DNA from: Octopus vulgaris
Taxonomy: Eukaryota
Assembly: GCA_951406725.2 (NCBI GenBank)
Contig: OX597820.1
Coordinates: forward strand, 106,330,001 to 106,394,000
Direction: 5' to 3'
DNA length: 64,000 nucleotides
The notes beneath the pieces were generated by a model. It saw only the letters and a list, made by a program, of their open reading frames with translations, was not told the DNA's origin and searched no databases. Below are positions 1-12,250 of this stretch, in pieces (the first letter of the stretch is position 1; every line of letters begins with the position of its first letter). Made by a program: the position numbers and the translations under genes.

Positions 1-34
<34 letters not shown>

Positions 35-38
<4 letters not shown>

Positions 39-256
39 ATCCAAACACGAAAACACAAAGAGAAAACACAACAACGCAAGGACGTGGAAAAGTATAGTAT
101 TATAGGACGCTCAGGAAAGAAGGAAAGAAGGAGGGTTTAAAGTTTCAAGCGGAGCTCTTCGTCAGAAACATAGGAAAGGGAAAGATCCAAAGAAGGGAAA
201 ACGGAGGAAAAAAAATCACCAACGGTACACACGTGGTCACATTTTGAATATATATT

Positions 257-261
<5 letters not shown>
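35..261 (-). mobile_element. Short non-coding Penelope-type element in a (TA)n tract, carrying a degenerate minimal hammerhead motif
   Basis: (TA)n on both sides; minus strand 135-169 reads GTTT-CTGACGA-A-GAGC-TCC-GCTT-GAAAC-TTT-AAAC (stem I GTTT/AAAC, hammerhead core, short stem II). Confidence 0.6.
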
Positions 262-309
<48 letters not shown>

Positions 310-1413
310 CACACACACACATATATATTCTTGAATGATACTTTAACAGTCAGACCTTCTTGTGTAGCCACATAAGAATACAAACAAGAGTATTTGTATT
401 CTCACCTTCATTCCTGAGATTTTATTAGTTCAACAGATCTTTAAATAGAGAATGGAATGTAATTGAGTTGTGATGATCAAAGAATGTTTGAAATGAATAA
501 CTGGATCATGGACTAGATCCAAATGAATTAAGAAAACAGCTGGATAGTAATGCTATCAACTAGATTCTGAACAAAAGAAACAAATTGAAAGGATGTAGGT
601 AGGTGGTGATAATTAGATTAAAAGAATTAAATAAAAGAAATTAGTAGAAGTTGTAATTAGAGACCTAGATTAATTTTCTTAGCATACTGAGTAAAAGTTA
701 TTTTTTGCTGTGGTTCTTGTGCATTTTATTGGCATTGAATATATTTTAAACATAATGTAGTATCTATAATATCATTTACTAAGTTAGATATAAAATATTA
801 TGTACTAGCATACATGTATCATCGAAGATGCTGACAGTTTTATTTATGACTAGCTTAAAAGCTGCACTCCATGCAGACTTTTAAGCTAGCTCCTGCAGAG
901 GTCACATTGAGTCTGCAGCCCCAAATGGAGGCGAGCTGGATAGCATGATTATAATACATCTATAACGACTATATGCCCCGGTGGTGTTTGATCAGAGGTT
1001 AAGGACAGATGTGAATTAATTCTGTAATGCAGTCATTCTATTGTTCCAGTCACAAGTGGAATTCCAACTGTTGGCCAATTTGTCCCAAAGTTTTTATCTT
1101 GACATAAAATTAATGAAGTGAATGTCATTTATCTCTCCCTTGATCTCTGACGTCATTTGACAAACGCCACCAAAATGGCATGAAACCGCCAAGCTTTATC
1201 TGCTAGAAATAGCCAACCAAATGCTTTTAAATCAGATCCCAATGCTGGATGATCAAGAACCAAATGAAGAGGTGATTTTCGAACCCAAGATCATCCTTAT
1301 TCCAAAAAGGTATATGTCTATGTAGAGCAAATGTAGGCTGAGATACAGGGTCCCAGATGGTGGATAGAACTTGGCTTTTATTATTTATAGATAGAAAGTG
1401 GTGCATCAAAATA

Positions 1414-1639
1414 TTACTCTTACTCTTTACTCTTTCACTTGTTTCAGTCATTTGACTGCGGCCATGTTGGAGCACCGCCTTTAATCGAGTAACTCGACCC
1501 CAGGACTCATTCTTTTGTAAGCCCAGTACTTATTCTTTTGATCTCTTTTGCCGAACCGCTAAGTAACGGGGACATAAACACACCAGCATCAGTCGTCAAG
1601 CAATGCTAGGGGTCAAACACAGACACACAAACACACACA

Positions 1640-1680
<41 letters not shown>

Positions 1681-1843
1681 GACGGGCTTCTTTCAGTTTC
1701 CATCTACCAAATCCACTCACAAGGCTTTGGTCAGCCCGAGGCTATAGTAGAAGACACTTACCCAAGGTGCCACGCAGTGGGACTGAACCTGGAACCATGT
1801 GGTTGGTAAACAAACTACTTACCACACAGCCACTCCTGCACCT
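1414..1843 (-). mobile_element. tRNA-derived SINE (family A: head GGCGCAGGAGTGGCTGTGTGGTAAG, central (TA)/(CA) tract, CR1-like 3' tail)
   Basis: A/B-box-like head (TGGCTGTGTGG...GGTTCAGTCCC); 3' end CATGGCCGCAGTCAAATGACTGAAACAAGT; many homologous copies in the window. Confidence 0.85.
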
Positions 1844-2469
1844 ACATTGGGAGAAACCATTGATAAATGTCAGCAACCAAGCAAATATATGTAGATGCAC
1901 AGAATTGATGTGCTCAAACAATTAGTTATAATGTTTCTGTAGAAAATAATATCATCTTTGTAATATATATATATATATATACTTATATATAAAACATCCA
2001 TTTTTCCATGTTTGCACAGATCAGACAGATTTTAATACCTGGATCCCATTCCTGTTGCCAATCCTCATCCGGAATCAGGCAAGGGTTGGTGACAGGAATG
2101 ACATCCATACCTAGACGTGATTGTGTAGAAGATTGGAAACAACACTTCTTGTGTGACAGTGAAATTCACTTAAAACTACTGCCTGATGTCAAGACAAGGA
2201 GACAATATATAAAAAATACACACACAGACACAAATATATACATCAAGTTGATCATTGATATAACCATAATGTTCTGGAGATCTCATGATCTAGCTTTCTT
2301 TATTTCCATTGATTTGTGAATGCACAACATGTATATTTTGAAAACAAAAGTGAGTAATGTGTAAATTTCATATATTTATATATATGTGTGTGAGAATTTG
2401 GTAAAGGAGGTATAATTTATGATAAAAGTTTGCATGATAACTAGGTAATGAAAGCTATCATCTGTTATG

Positions 2470-2900
2470 GTCTGGGAGACTATAAAAAAGACAAGAGGGG
2501 GCTAAGAACTGATCCTTGGTAAGCACCTTCTGTACACTAAATTCATTGCTATACTCATACTTATTGCCTACCTTTACCTTACTGGCAGCATTCATGTACA
2601 TGACTTATACAGCTCTCACCAACCACTCATCTATTCTTAGCTTCCTCATTGATTACCAGATAACGGTATAGGAGACCCTGTCAAAGCCAAGTACAGAGGT
2701 TTATTTCTGGCTAAATGCTTCTCCTGCCATTGCCTTACCAGAAAGATAACATCAGTTATGCTTCTCCCAGGCACAAAACCAAACTGCATCTCATCTAGGC
2801 TCTCTTTCTAATTAGTTGAGTTATGACCCTTTTTATAATCTGGTCCATAATTTGATATCTCAGTAATTATTTCTGTCTAAGGTGTCACCTTTACCTTTGT
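2470..2900 (-). pseudogene. Decayed RTE-type reverse transcriptase fragment
   Basis: Minus-strand remnants translate to MQFGFVPGRSITD, ..FDRV and QGSVLSP, with frameshifts. Confidence 0.6.
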
Positions 2901-3439
2901 AGCAGTTGATGATAATGTTGGGTATGACTCCCTCGTGGACAACCTGATTAGCTGTACAGGTGACTAGGCTGTATCCCACTCCAACAGATATTTTATTCCT
3001 AAAGGGCCAGAGCTTTCCCTGTCGCAGCTCTGTTAAAAGAAGATGGATACATTTGATGATATAGTGCTAGATATACCATGAAAAGAGGTTATGGTGGTCA
3101 CTGGCGGAATGTTTGTGATCCTAAGATAGCAGGATCAGCGCTGACCTTGTTGTTAAACAGTAATTACCATTGCTGATAAAACTCATATATGGATGTTCGA
3201 CTCGCTGAAAATAGCAGTTAAATCTCCTGTGAATCACATCCTCCTAGTCTTTAAAAACAAAAGAGGGAGATAATGATGCCCTAGATACACTGTGTCTAGA
3301 AAGAAATGCAGTGGTCATCACTAGAATACTTTTTATCATCCATCTGCTTGACCAGGTATAAGAAATATGCTAAACAATAGTGGCACGTGCAGGCACGTGG
3401 CCGAGAGGTTAGGGCAGTCGATCCCCCGACTGCTTTGTG

Positions 3440-3662
3440 GTGGCAGAAACGTTAGCACGTCGGACGAATTGCGTAGCCGTATTTCCTCTGCTGTTACGTT
3501 CTGAGTTCAAATTCCGCCGAGGTCGACTTTTCCTTTCATCCTTTCGGGGTCGATTAATTAAGTACCAGTTACGCACTGGGTCGATGTAATCGACTTAATA
3601 CCTATGTCTGTCCTTGTTTGTTCCCTCTGTGTTTAGCCCCTTGTGGGTAATAAAGAAATAGG
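3440..3662 (+). mobile_element. tRNA-derived SINE (family B), nested in an older SINE remnant
   Basis: GAGTTCAAATTCC B-box; central TTTCATCCTTTCGGGGTCGAT...AAGTACC block; homologous to the inverted copy at 8893-9113. Confidence 0.8.
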
Positions 3663-3824
3663 TAGGTTGTATCTTTGAACAAGGCATTTCATTTCCTGTT
3701 GCTCCGGTCTACTCAGCTGAAAATTAATGCCAACCAGTGCTGGGTCAGCCGTCTCTCTTTCTGTCACATACTCCGTGTTCCGCTAGGTATCTGTGTCTGC
3801 TCGCGACTACATAAGTAACTAGAA

Positions 3825-4060
3825 CAAGCTTGGCAAATCGAATTACACTGCGGGCCACTTTAATCACAGAAAGTCTTTTTGAGGGCCTTGCAAAAACAGT
3901 AGTATCTTTCTTTTTTACTTTTCATTACAGTCTTCAATTTTTGATAAAATTTTTTAAATGTTTGTTTAAATAAACCCATTTCAAGAAAGTATCAAGCAGG
4001 CCGCAAGATAAAAATCTGCGGTAGGCATGCGGCCCGTGGGCCACAGGTTGGCCGACCCTG
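3825..4060. mobile_element. hAT-type MITE
   Basis: Termini CAAGCTTGGCAAA...GGTTGGCCGACCCTG; subterminal GCGGGCC/GGCCCG motifs; imperfect 8-bp flanks AACTAGAA / AATTAAAA. Confidence 0.6.
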
Positions 4061-4380
4061 AATTAAAACTATTAGCGGAAGCGTGGACATTTGAGTGGTA
4101 GTTGGAAAACGACGTGTAAAGTTGACATGGCGGAATTTGAACTTAGAATGCAAAGGACTGTAACTAAATACTACAAAGTATTTTGTCCGACACTTCAATG
4201 GTTCTACCAACTCACCGTCTGACAGTTAAATATGCTTGTCACAAATCTGATATCCCCCGCCCCTGTATAATAGCTCTTGTACTACTTTTTCATGTACTGA
4301 CACATCATAGCATCCCTAATATTCTCTTGCTCTAGTGATTATGGAGAGGTCCCGTGATCATCTTTGCTAATATTAGTGTG

Positions 4381-4417
<37 letters not shown>

Positions 4418-4679
4418 GAGAAAGGAAGATTGGACGGGGAAGAATGACAAAGAGGAGCGTGGGTTTCTTCCCTACCTTTAATTACGTTTAACCTTCTTGA
4501 AAAGATTTTAGTCGCCTTTGGAGCAGATAAGAATAAGAAAAGAAAATTGGCTGTGATTGTTTAAAAACGTAAATTATTATTTTTATTGTAACTATTTCTT
4601 TTGGTTTCTTCTCAACAGTTTATAACGAAGTCCATCCCTCCACACAACATGCATGCATGGTGGTGTCTATTCCTTATGC

Positions 4680-5090
4680 AGAGTCTGACCACCACCTGCA
4701 CATACACCTTAGATCCATCATGAGGTCTGATGTGGGGTTTTTTTTAAGCCAGACAATGTATTGAAAAGACACCCACATAAACTGCATATCCGATTTGGAT
4801 CACCAGGAACTGCAGTTAGGTTCTAATCTTTGTGGATCTTAAAATGTCTCTTGTAATCTCCGTTGGATTTGCAGGTGTGCACAGACATATTGGCAGAATA
4901 GTTGGTGGAGGTTCGTTTTTTATGAGTCCACAAATGAGATTTGAGACCAGCAAAAGAAAGGCATGGTTTGCCACAAACTGTGCACCCAAAAGAGTCACTG
5001 AAATTCACCTTCTCGATCGCAACATTCTTCTTTAAATCTCTATTGAGTCTTACATGTGTTATCCTGGCCTCTTCAAATGCTTTCACTCCA
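4680..5090 (-). pseudogene. 3' fragment of an RTE-clade LINE with C-terminal C2H2 finger
   Basis: ORF 4823-5122(-) contains GVKAFEEAR...CTVCGKPCLSFAGLKSHLWTH, typical of RTE/BovB-like C-termini; no RT upstream. Confidence 0.55.
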
Positions 5091-5339
5091 CTCCACTCTT
5101 CTGTTCGCATGCACACACACACATGCAGGATTGAACAGTTTCACAGACTAATAAACAAAAACGATTCGGTTAAAGCAACTAGTGGTGATGATGATGATGA
5201 TAACATGATCTTTCGTTTCGAAGTTAAGGTATTGGTTAGCAAGGCGGGGGAGGAAATTAAACAACTCGGAAGAGAAACGTGTCCGCGTTCAGTTTATCAA
5301 CTCCATCACCAACTCGTATAGTGGACACCAATGGTTTAC

Positions 5340-6578
5340 ACAAGTGGAAGAATGTTTATCATCAGAAAACAAACTTATAGAGAGTGAAATGGGAAGCATA
5401 GCGAAATAGAAGGAGACATGCAAGACAGAATTTATCACTGGGACGTTAAGTAAGGGAGAACAAATATAAAGGAATTGGAGCTAACGTGATAAAGAGAATT
5501 TAAGAAAATAAATTAGGTAAAAGGAAAAAATAGTATCAACGATGACGATAAAAATGAAAGGCAGAATTACACACACACACACTCAAAAATGTATGTGAGA
5601 GAGAGAGAGAGAGAGTATAAAAAGAGCGAGAAAAAAAAGGTAGATTTGAGAAGAAGGAAGGAAAGAGTAAACTTGAATGAACGAGATTGTTTTATATAAG
5701 ATAAAATTTATGAATAGAAACTAAAGAGAAGGCGAATGAATTTATAGGATAAAAGATAACAGAATGAGCGAAAGAGAATAAAGGAGAAGCAAAGAAAGAT
5801 AAGTAGGTGTGTGTGTATATGTAAGCTTGTGTGCGTATGTAAGTGTGAATGTATGTATGTATATGACTGAATTTATATGTGAATGTCTAAGAGAAATGAG
5901 AAAGACAAGGTAAAGCAGTAAGAGAGAGAGAGAAACTGGGGGCGGGGAAAAGAGTCAGACAGAGTGAGAGAAGAGAAAAAGAAAGAGACAGATAAACAAA
6001 GAGAGAAGCATGTGGGTGAGAGAGAGAGAGCAAGAGAAAGACAGAGTAGATTAAAAGAATGGGGAGAAGTGTCGTGCGCAAATAGTGAGTCACTGAAGGA
6101 AGTGAAAGAAACAGAAAAGCCTGGTCGAACGTTAATAAAAAAAAGTATAGGAGGAGGAGAGAGAGAGAGAGAAACGAGCTAAAGGAGAGAGAGAGAGAAA
6201 CAAGCTAAAGTCGAGAGAGAAGGAGAGAGAGAGAGAGAGAGAAACGAGCCAAAGGCGAGCACTTGCTTCAGAATCAGAGAGTTTTCGTTCAGGGTGAAAA
6301 AAGAAAGTAAAGAAAAGAAGAAAAATTACATCAACGTGCGTGGAAGCGACCACGACGTCGGACGTTAAGTCGGCGGTGGCTCTTTTTCGTCGGTTAAGTT
6401 AGTTTGTAAGGTAATTTAAAGGTTTTAGTTAGGGTTCAGGTGTAAGAAGAGAAAAAGTGAAGTATTTGAAGTTATTTCTTTTATACATAATTTGTTTTGT
6501 TTTTGTGGGAAAATTTAGTTGTATTTTCTGTTAACTTCGTACAAGGAAAAAGGGAAAACTTTACCATCATCATTCACC
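5340..6578 (+). promoter_or_regulatory. Putative promoter/5' UTR region of the PDZ gene
   Basis: About 1 kb purine-rich strand with (GA)n tracts, then a CpG-dense patch at about 6335-6395, directly upstream of the ATG exon; TSS not determinable. Confidence 0.45.
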
Positions 6579-6689
6579 ATGTCGGTACTTACCTTGGAGG
6601 CTAAACTGGAGAGACTGGACCCTAATACTCCTTGGGGATTTCGCATGCAAGGAGGCAAGGATTTTCATTCCGCTTTGATGATTCAAAAA
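6579..6689 (+). CDS. Coding exon 1 of a PDZ-domain protein (PDZ-LIM/Zasp/Enigma-like): MSVLTLEAKLERLDPNTPWGFRMQGGKDFHSALMIQK
   Basis: CACC-ATG context; PWGFRMQGGKDF carboxylate-binding loop typical of ALP/Enigma PDZ domains; donor GTAAGT at 6690, phase 0. Confidence 0.93.
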
Positions 6690-7423
6690 GTAAGTAAAAA
6701 AATAACGAAAAGAAAAGAAAAAACGCAAAACATAAGCTACTTTTAAAGCAATCAAATTTTAAAATCTAAGTGATCAATAATGAAGTTGTGGAAGGCATGA
6801 ACGTCATGCAATCTTATTTCTACCTTACTTTCAGTCTAGTTTTAAGGTCAGTGAAAAAAATCAATTATTCATTTATTATATATATTTGTTTATCTTGGCA
6901 CAAAATTAAATGTTTGTGGAGGTTCCCCCTTTAAAGAAAGGTGCTAATATGGCCATTCGAGAATATTAATTACTGACTACCGATGACAGGTGGAAGCTAA
7001 AGTTGACCCCTCACAAACTTAGTGATCATTGCTTCTTATATATGTAGAACCTTATTTTTTAATATAATATGTACGAGGGGAAAATAATGTCGTTCACGCC
7101 TTTCCCAAGGACATTAGTGATGTGAAGGGAAATGAAGTGAACAAGTAAATGTTTTTTGGTAAATGTCTACAGTTGTTTTGAAAGTTATGGGGTTGTGTAT
7201 TTGTACATGTATGTAATCGATTTATGCTGATATTTCCAATATAGATATACTTTTTTATTTACACAGACAATCTTTTTCAAAATCGGAGAAATCTTTCTAT
7301 AATAGTTTAAAACCTAAGGCTCACTTCTCGGAAGTTTGTGTATAAATGAAATACTATTTCTTGTATGTGTTAAACACTCTTTTCGTTGTTGATAATTAGT
7401 ATGTACACTAAGACACACACACA

Positions 7424-7471
<48 letters not shown>

Positions 7472-8892
7472 CGGTAAAGTTTTATTTATACATATTTATG
7501 TGTGTAGTCCCATTAATCAAAGACTAGCATTGGGTTTTTTTATGCATTGACGTACATTTTACAGTCCATAGTCAGTATACTAATACAAACACCCAGTCAT
7601 ACACATAGTCATCTACACACGCATACTCACACATACACAAATATACATGCACATAAACACACTACACTTTCAGACCTCTTATTCTTACATCTCATTACAT
7701 ATCCCCATCATAAAATGCTCCCGCGCCAACCCAATCGAACGTATACACGTACATTCAATCACATAACAAACCCACATGCAACCATGCATACTTCTAGTCA
7801 TAGACACTTCTAGTCTTACACACTACTTGTTATTCAATCATACAGTTAAACGACGGACTTAGCTACAACTCGTCATACAATCATACATGGTTCTAATTGT
7901 ACAATCACATATATATAAGCACACACTAAACAACGACAGACTTACAGTTATACTTTTAGTCATACAATCACACATACTTCGTCATTTAACCGCAGAACTT
8001 TATTCAATCACACACTCACTTGAGTAAAGGAAATGCTTCCACACCTAATGTTTGGTGTGTGTGGGTATCCGTTGTGTGTGAGAGTTACGGGATTTTAAAA
8101 TTGCTGTATTGTAAAGCAACTTTGGATGTTTGATTATAAACGTCAGCAGTGTGTGTGTGTGTGAATAATGTGAAGATAAACATACCACGAATACTTGTGT
8201 ATGTTTGATATTTATGGGATGTGCGAATTTTGTTGATGGCTGTCATTTCGTTCATGTCTAAAACACTCATATCTGTTGCTGTCATTATTAACAACAGCAT
8301 TAGGAAGTTATTTATGCCTCTCCCCCACTCCTATATAACATAATCAGTCATTCATTAATCCAACAGCAAGTGTGTGGTTGGGCTGTATGTGGTATATGAT
8401 AAAGTAGCTTATAAAATGTTGTATATGTTCATGTTTGTCTTACCTTCTTCGCCCCTCACTCTTTCAGTCCCTACTTTCTTAATCGCATCCTTCAACACTC
8501 CCCTGCTGCCTTGGACATTAAGGTGACATCACTTTCTACCGATGTCCCAACCGAGCGCATCACTGCCTAACCGCTTTCAAAGCATAAACATTTCTTTTAC
8601 AATTTGTCGTGAATCCCAGAACTTTTTTTCCTTAGAAAACTAAAATACTGATACACTTACTACCGTGTTTTATTGACGATGCCACTATATCTTTCCCTTG
8701 CATATCACTGGTGCTTGTAGAGGTTTTGAGTCGCGTGTTAGCCCTGATCGATCAGACCTGTAATTAAAGGTTCTACTACCCAATTATTCCGTCTGTTTTC
8801 TTCTCGCTTCGTGTTATTTTGGACTAACAATATTTAATATTCAGTATGCACCACTGGACTTGTTTGTTAGGGCTACATTAGCCAATTGTACC

Positions 8893-9113
8893 TATTTCTT
8901 TACTACCCACAAGGGGCTAAACACAGAGGTGACAAACAAGGACAGACAAACGGATTAAGTCGATTATATCGACTCCAGTAACTGGTACTTAATTTTATCG
9001 ACCCCCGAAAGGATGAAAGGCAAAGTCGACCTCGGCGGAATTTGAACTCAGAACGTAGCGGCAGACGAAATACCGCTAGGCATTTCGCCCGGCGTGCTAA
9101 CGATTCTGCCAGC
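8893..9113 (-). mobile_element. tRNA-derived SINE (family B)
   Basis: Reverse-complement homolog of 3440-3662; flanked by TTGTACC at 8886-8892 and 9114-9120 (possible TSD). Confidence 0.85.
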
Positions 9114-10207
9114 TTGTACCCTTTTGGTAAAGTTTTCGGTGCAACAAATTAGCTATACTTCTACAAAACTCAAAATATCTGAACAATTTTTTAATACAAT
9201 TCCTAATAATATTTAATCATAAAAATATATTAGGTTTTGTTTTTAAACACAATGGCTTCGAGGGGCCATCTGAATAAAATAGAAATCGAAAGGGTCCAGA
9301 GGTAAAGAATGGTTGAGAACCCCTGCTCTAGCTTAATCTATTACTTAGGGTTGCATTATTCAACTCTTCTTTGTCACCTCAAGGCGGTAGGTGTGGTTTG
9401 AGAAAGATTTTGGCTGTTTTTTACGCCAGGTTGAGGTGAACTCAACGTGTTCATACTACTAGTGTTAACTGACACTGGAAACACGAAAATCTGAATCAAT
9501 CCACAGAGGGATTTGAATTTATTTAATCAGATGTTTAACGATCTTGGCTAACTACACTTAATATACACGAGTTATTTTATTTATCTTTGTAATTCATGAT
9601 GTCGAATATAAAATAGGGTTTTTAACTTCCGAGATATAAAACTAATCAGTCTCAGTTGAACTTCTACAATATGGAGGCTGTGTGTGTAAGGTTAGTAAGT
9701 CCTTCAGGTATTTCGGTGTATGAAGGACTATTTATGTGGTAGGGCATTCTTTCGTTTTACGATCACAAAATGAAAGTGGAAAGTTATAAAACAATTACCA
9801 TTAAAAAATAATAATAGTATTTAAAAATTTCAAACATTGTTTTACCAAAACCGTAAATCTCTGTTTTTTTTAAAAAAATAGTTGTAAAAAGTTTTGTTCT
9901 TTAAAAAAAAATTAATTAAAAAGAATGTGATTTAAAAATTAGAAAAGCTGTCATTGTAGGTGGCGGTGGGGCTATTTGGCAAAATCATTATCTCCGTTGT
10001 TGGAAACATGAATCCGAAGAAAAATTTGGGTGGGATTAAGTGGTGCTTGGAGATTGCGAAAGAAAACCAATAGTACTTTTATTTTAATTTCTAAGTAATC
10101 TTCATTCCAATATGCCAAATTGTTTCTAATTCTTTTTTATCCCCCTCCTCTTCTGCATACACTATTATAGCGCTTTTCAATTTTATCCTTTATATTTGAA
10201 GAAAAAA

Positions 10208-10813
10208 AGCGCACCACCCGTTTTCGGTGTAACCAACCCTGGCAACACTTCCTTTTGTACCCCTTAATTTTTTTTTTCTACACAAATCACCGTTTTCGGC
10301 TACAGAGAATACGAATCTGCAAAAATCGGCATTTTGAAATTACCCTTCTCCCCCCCCCCCCCCCCCCCCGCCCTTAAATTATTCATTCTTAACTTTTTTC
10401 AGAATTTTTTTTTTTTCAAAATATGCGAAAAAATACGGTGATTATGATTCTGAAAAAATTTCAAAAAATTTCTTAAAAATTTTTTTTCACAAACTTTTTT
10501 TTGTCAAAATATACGGAAAAATACGGAGAAAAAAAATTTTCTAGTTAGGGTTTTAGAGTTAGGGTTTAAGGGTTAGGGTTTTAGGGTTAGATTTACGGAA
10601 AAAAAGTGAAAAATGAAGAATTAGGTGAGGAGGGAGTAGGGGGCAAAAATTTCAAAATTCCGATTTTTGGCAATTTTCCGGAATCTCTGTATCCGAAAAC
10701 GTGAGTTTTTGGCAAAAAAAGAAAAATTTTAAAAAACACTAATTTGCGAGAAAATGGGGGCACAGGAGGAAGTCTTTCCCTAACCCTAAACTCCAAAAAC
10801 GGGTGGTGTGCGT
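10208..10813. mobile_element. MITE/foldback element with internal TTAGGG-like repeats
   Basis: TIRs GCGCACCACCCGTTTT / AAAACGGGTGGTGTGC; inner inverted blocks at about 10290-10340 and 10648-10702; TTAGGG-like units at 10545-10590. Confidence 0.7.
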
Positions 10814-11799
10814 ATTCTTTACCTTCATTAAAGTTTCTACAAATCTCACTTTTAGGAGTTGAATATTGAAAAGGTGATTATTTTCTAGTTACTTTTGGTG
10901 CGAATAAGAGAAAGAAATAGTTTTATTTCCACTTTTTCTAGTGTTGATAAACACAGCCACACAGAAACGCAAAGACAACCGACTTTTTATTTTACGTATT
11001 TATTTTTAGGGTTCTTTTAATTCGCAAACCATTGCAGAGGTTGTTTCATCAGTACATTGCATCAATTCACCTAACTGTCGGAAGTAACATATTTTGTGAT
11101 AGTTACTCACATGTCATCAATATGAGGCTTGAAAACGGAATCCACCAGAATGTCATTATTTAATGAATCTCAGATACACTCACCTCCAGATTTTCTAGCA
11201 TTAAGTGGAGACAGATGTGTATTCTATAATTTCATTAACATCAAAGATACATTATAGGAATATCTAATCGATTCAATTCTTGAATAGTGCTTTATTTCAT
11301 TGACTCTAATAAGAATAAAAGTGCGATTTGAACTCAGAATGTAAAAATACTGTAACTTAAGTCATGCAGTTATTTCGTCTGACGCTCTAATGATTCTGTC
11401 AATCCATTGCCATGTTAGACAGGATGTTTGCTTGTCATAAATAATTTAACTGGTTAGCAACCGGCACCTACTTCCCTTCATTTTAGATGATCTGTGGTGA
11501 CTTGAAATAAATTCCAATTCCCAGACATATCTATCATCTGCAGATGTTAGAATCAACAGCAGCAGTTCAGTATCTTAAAGACATCACCATTCTGTTGCAC
11601 CAGGTTCTTTGACTCTTTCCTGATCCCATTCTTAAACTCCATTCCCTCGAAGCTTATAAAAACTGTTTCAGTAGTTAAAATAATTTTTTTTTTAAATGGT
11701 GAATCAAAGGAAGCTATTTAGTACAGTCACTTGGTGCATGATAAAAATAGCACAATTGGAGTAAATGGGAAATAATGGAAGAACAAAATAGAGTTAAGA

Positions 11800-12250
11800 T
11801 GCAGTTTAAGGGTTAAAAAAATGAAAGTAAATTAACTTAAAATGATGACATTGACATCCCGTAATTTCATAAAGGGAACTGGGGGAATCCTTTAATTTCA
11901 TTAATAAAACTCCCTCATTATGCAGTGTCCTCTGGCACTTGTATAGTATTTTCTTGTGATATCTTAAGTATTTCAGAAAAAAAGCAGATGAAGTATGTCA
12001 TTCCAACGAACACCAAAGAGAAGGCAATTCGATGGCTTGCATGTCAATGAATGACAGTCAACACAGCTACATATGAGCAATACAAAAATCCTGCATGGCT
12101 ACTAAACTGTACAGAAAAAACCAAAGGGAGGAGAAGCGTTGTTCTTGTAGATTCATGTTCCATGCATTGGTTGTGTCAAAAATTGTTTACATGAAAGTAC
12201 TGTATATCATTCATCACTTCCAGTTAATTTTTTTAACCCCTAAACTACAT
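11800..12250. mobile_element. Possible old TIR-bounded non-autonomous DNA element
   Basis: TGCAGTTTAAGGGTTAAAAAAA near 11800 versus TTTTTTAACCCCTAAACTACA near 12230-12250. Confidence 0.35.

Noticed and set aside
4823-5122. Host zinc-finger gene
   Set aside because: The single finger fits an RTE C-terminus, and the ORF starts in a (TG)n tract
10545-10590. Telomere or chromosome fusion scar
   Set aside because: Short, degenerate and enclosed by TIRs
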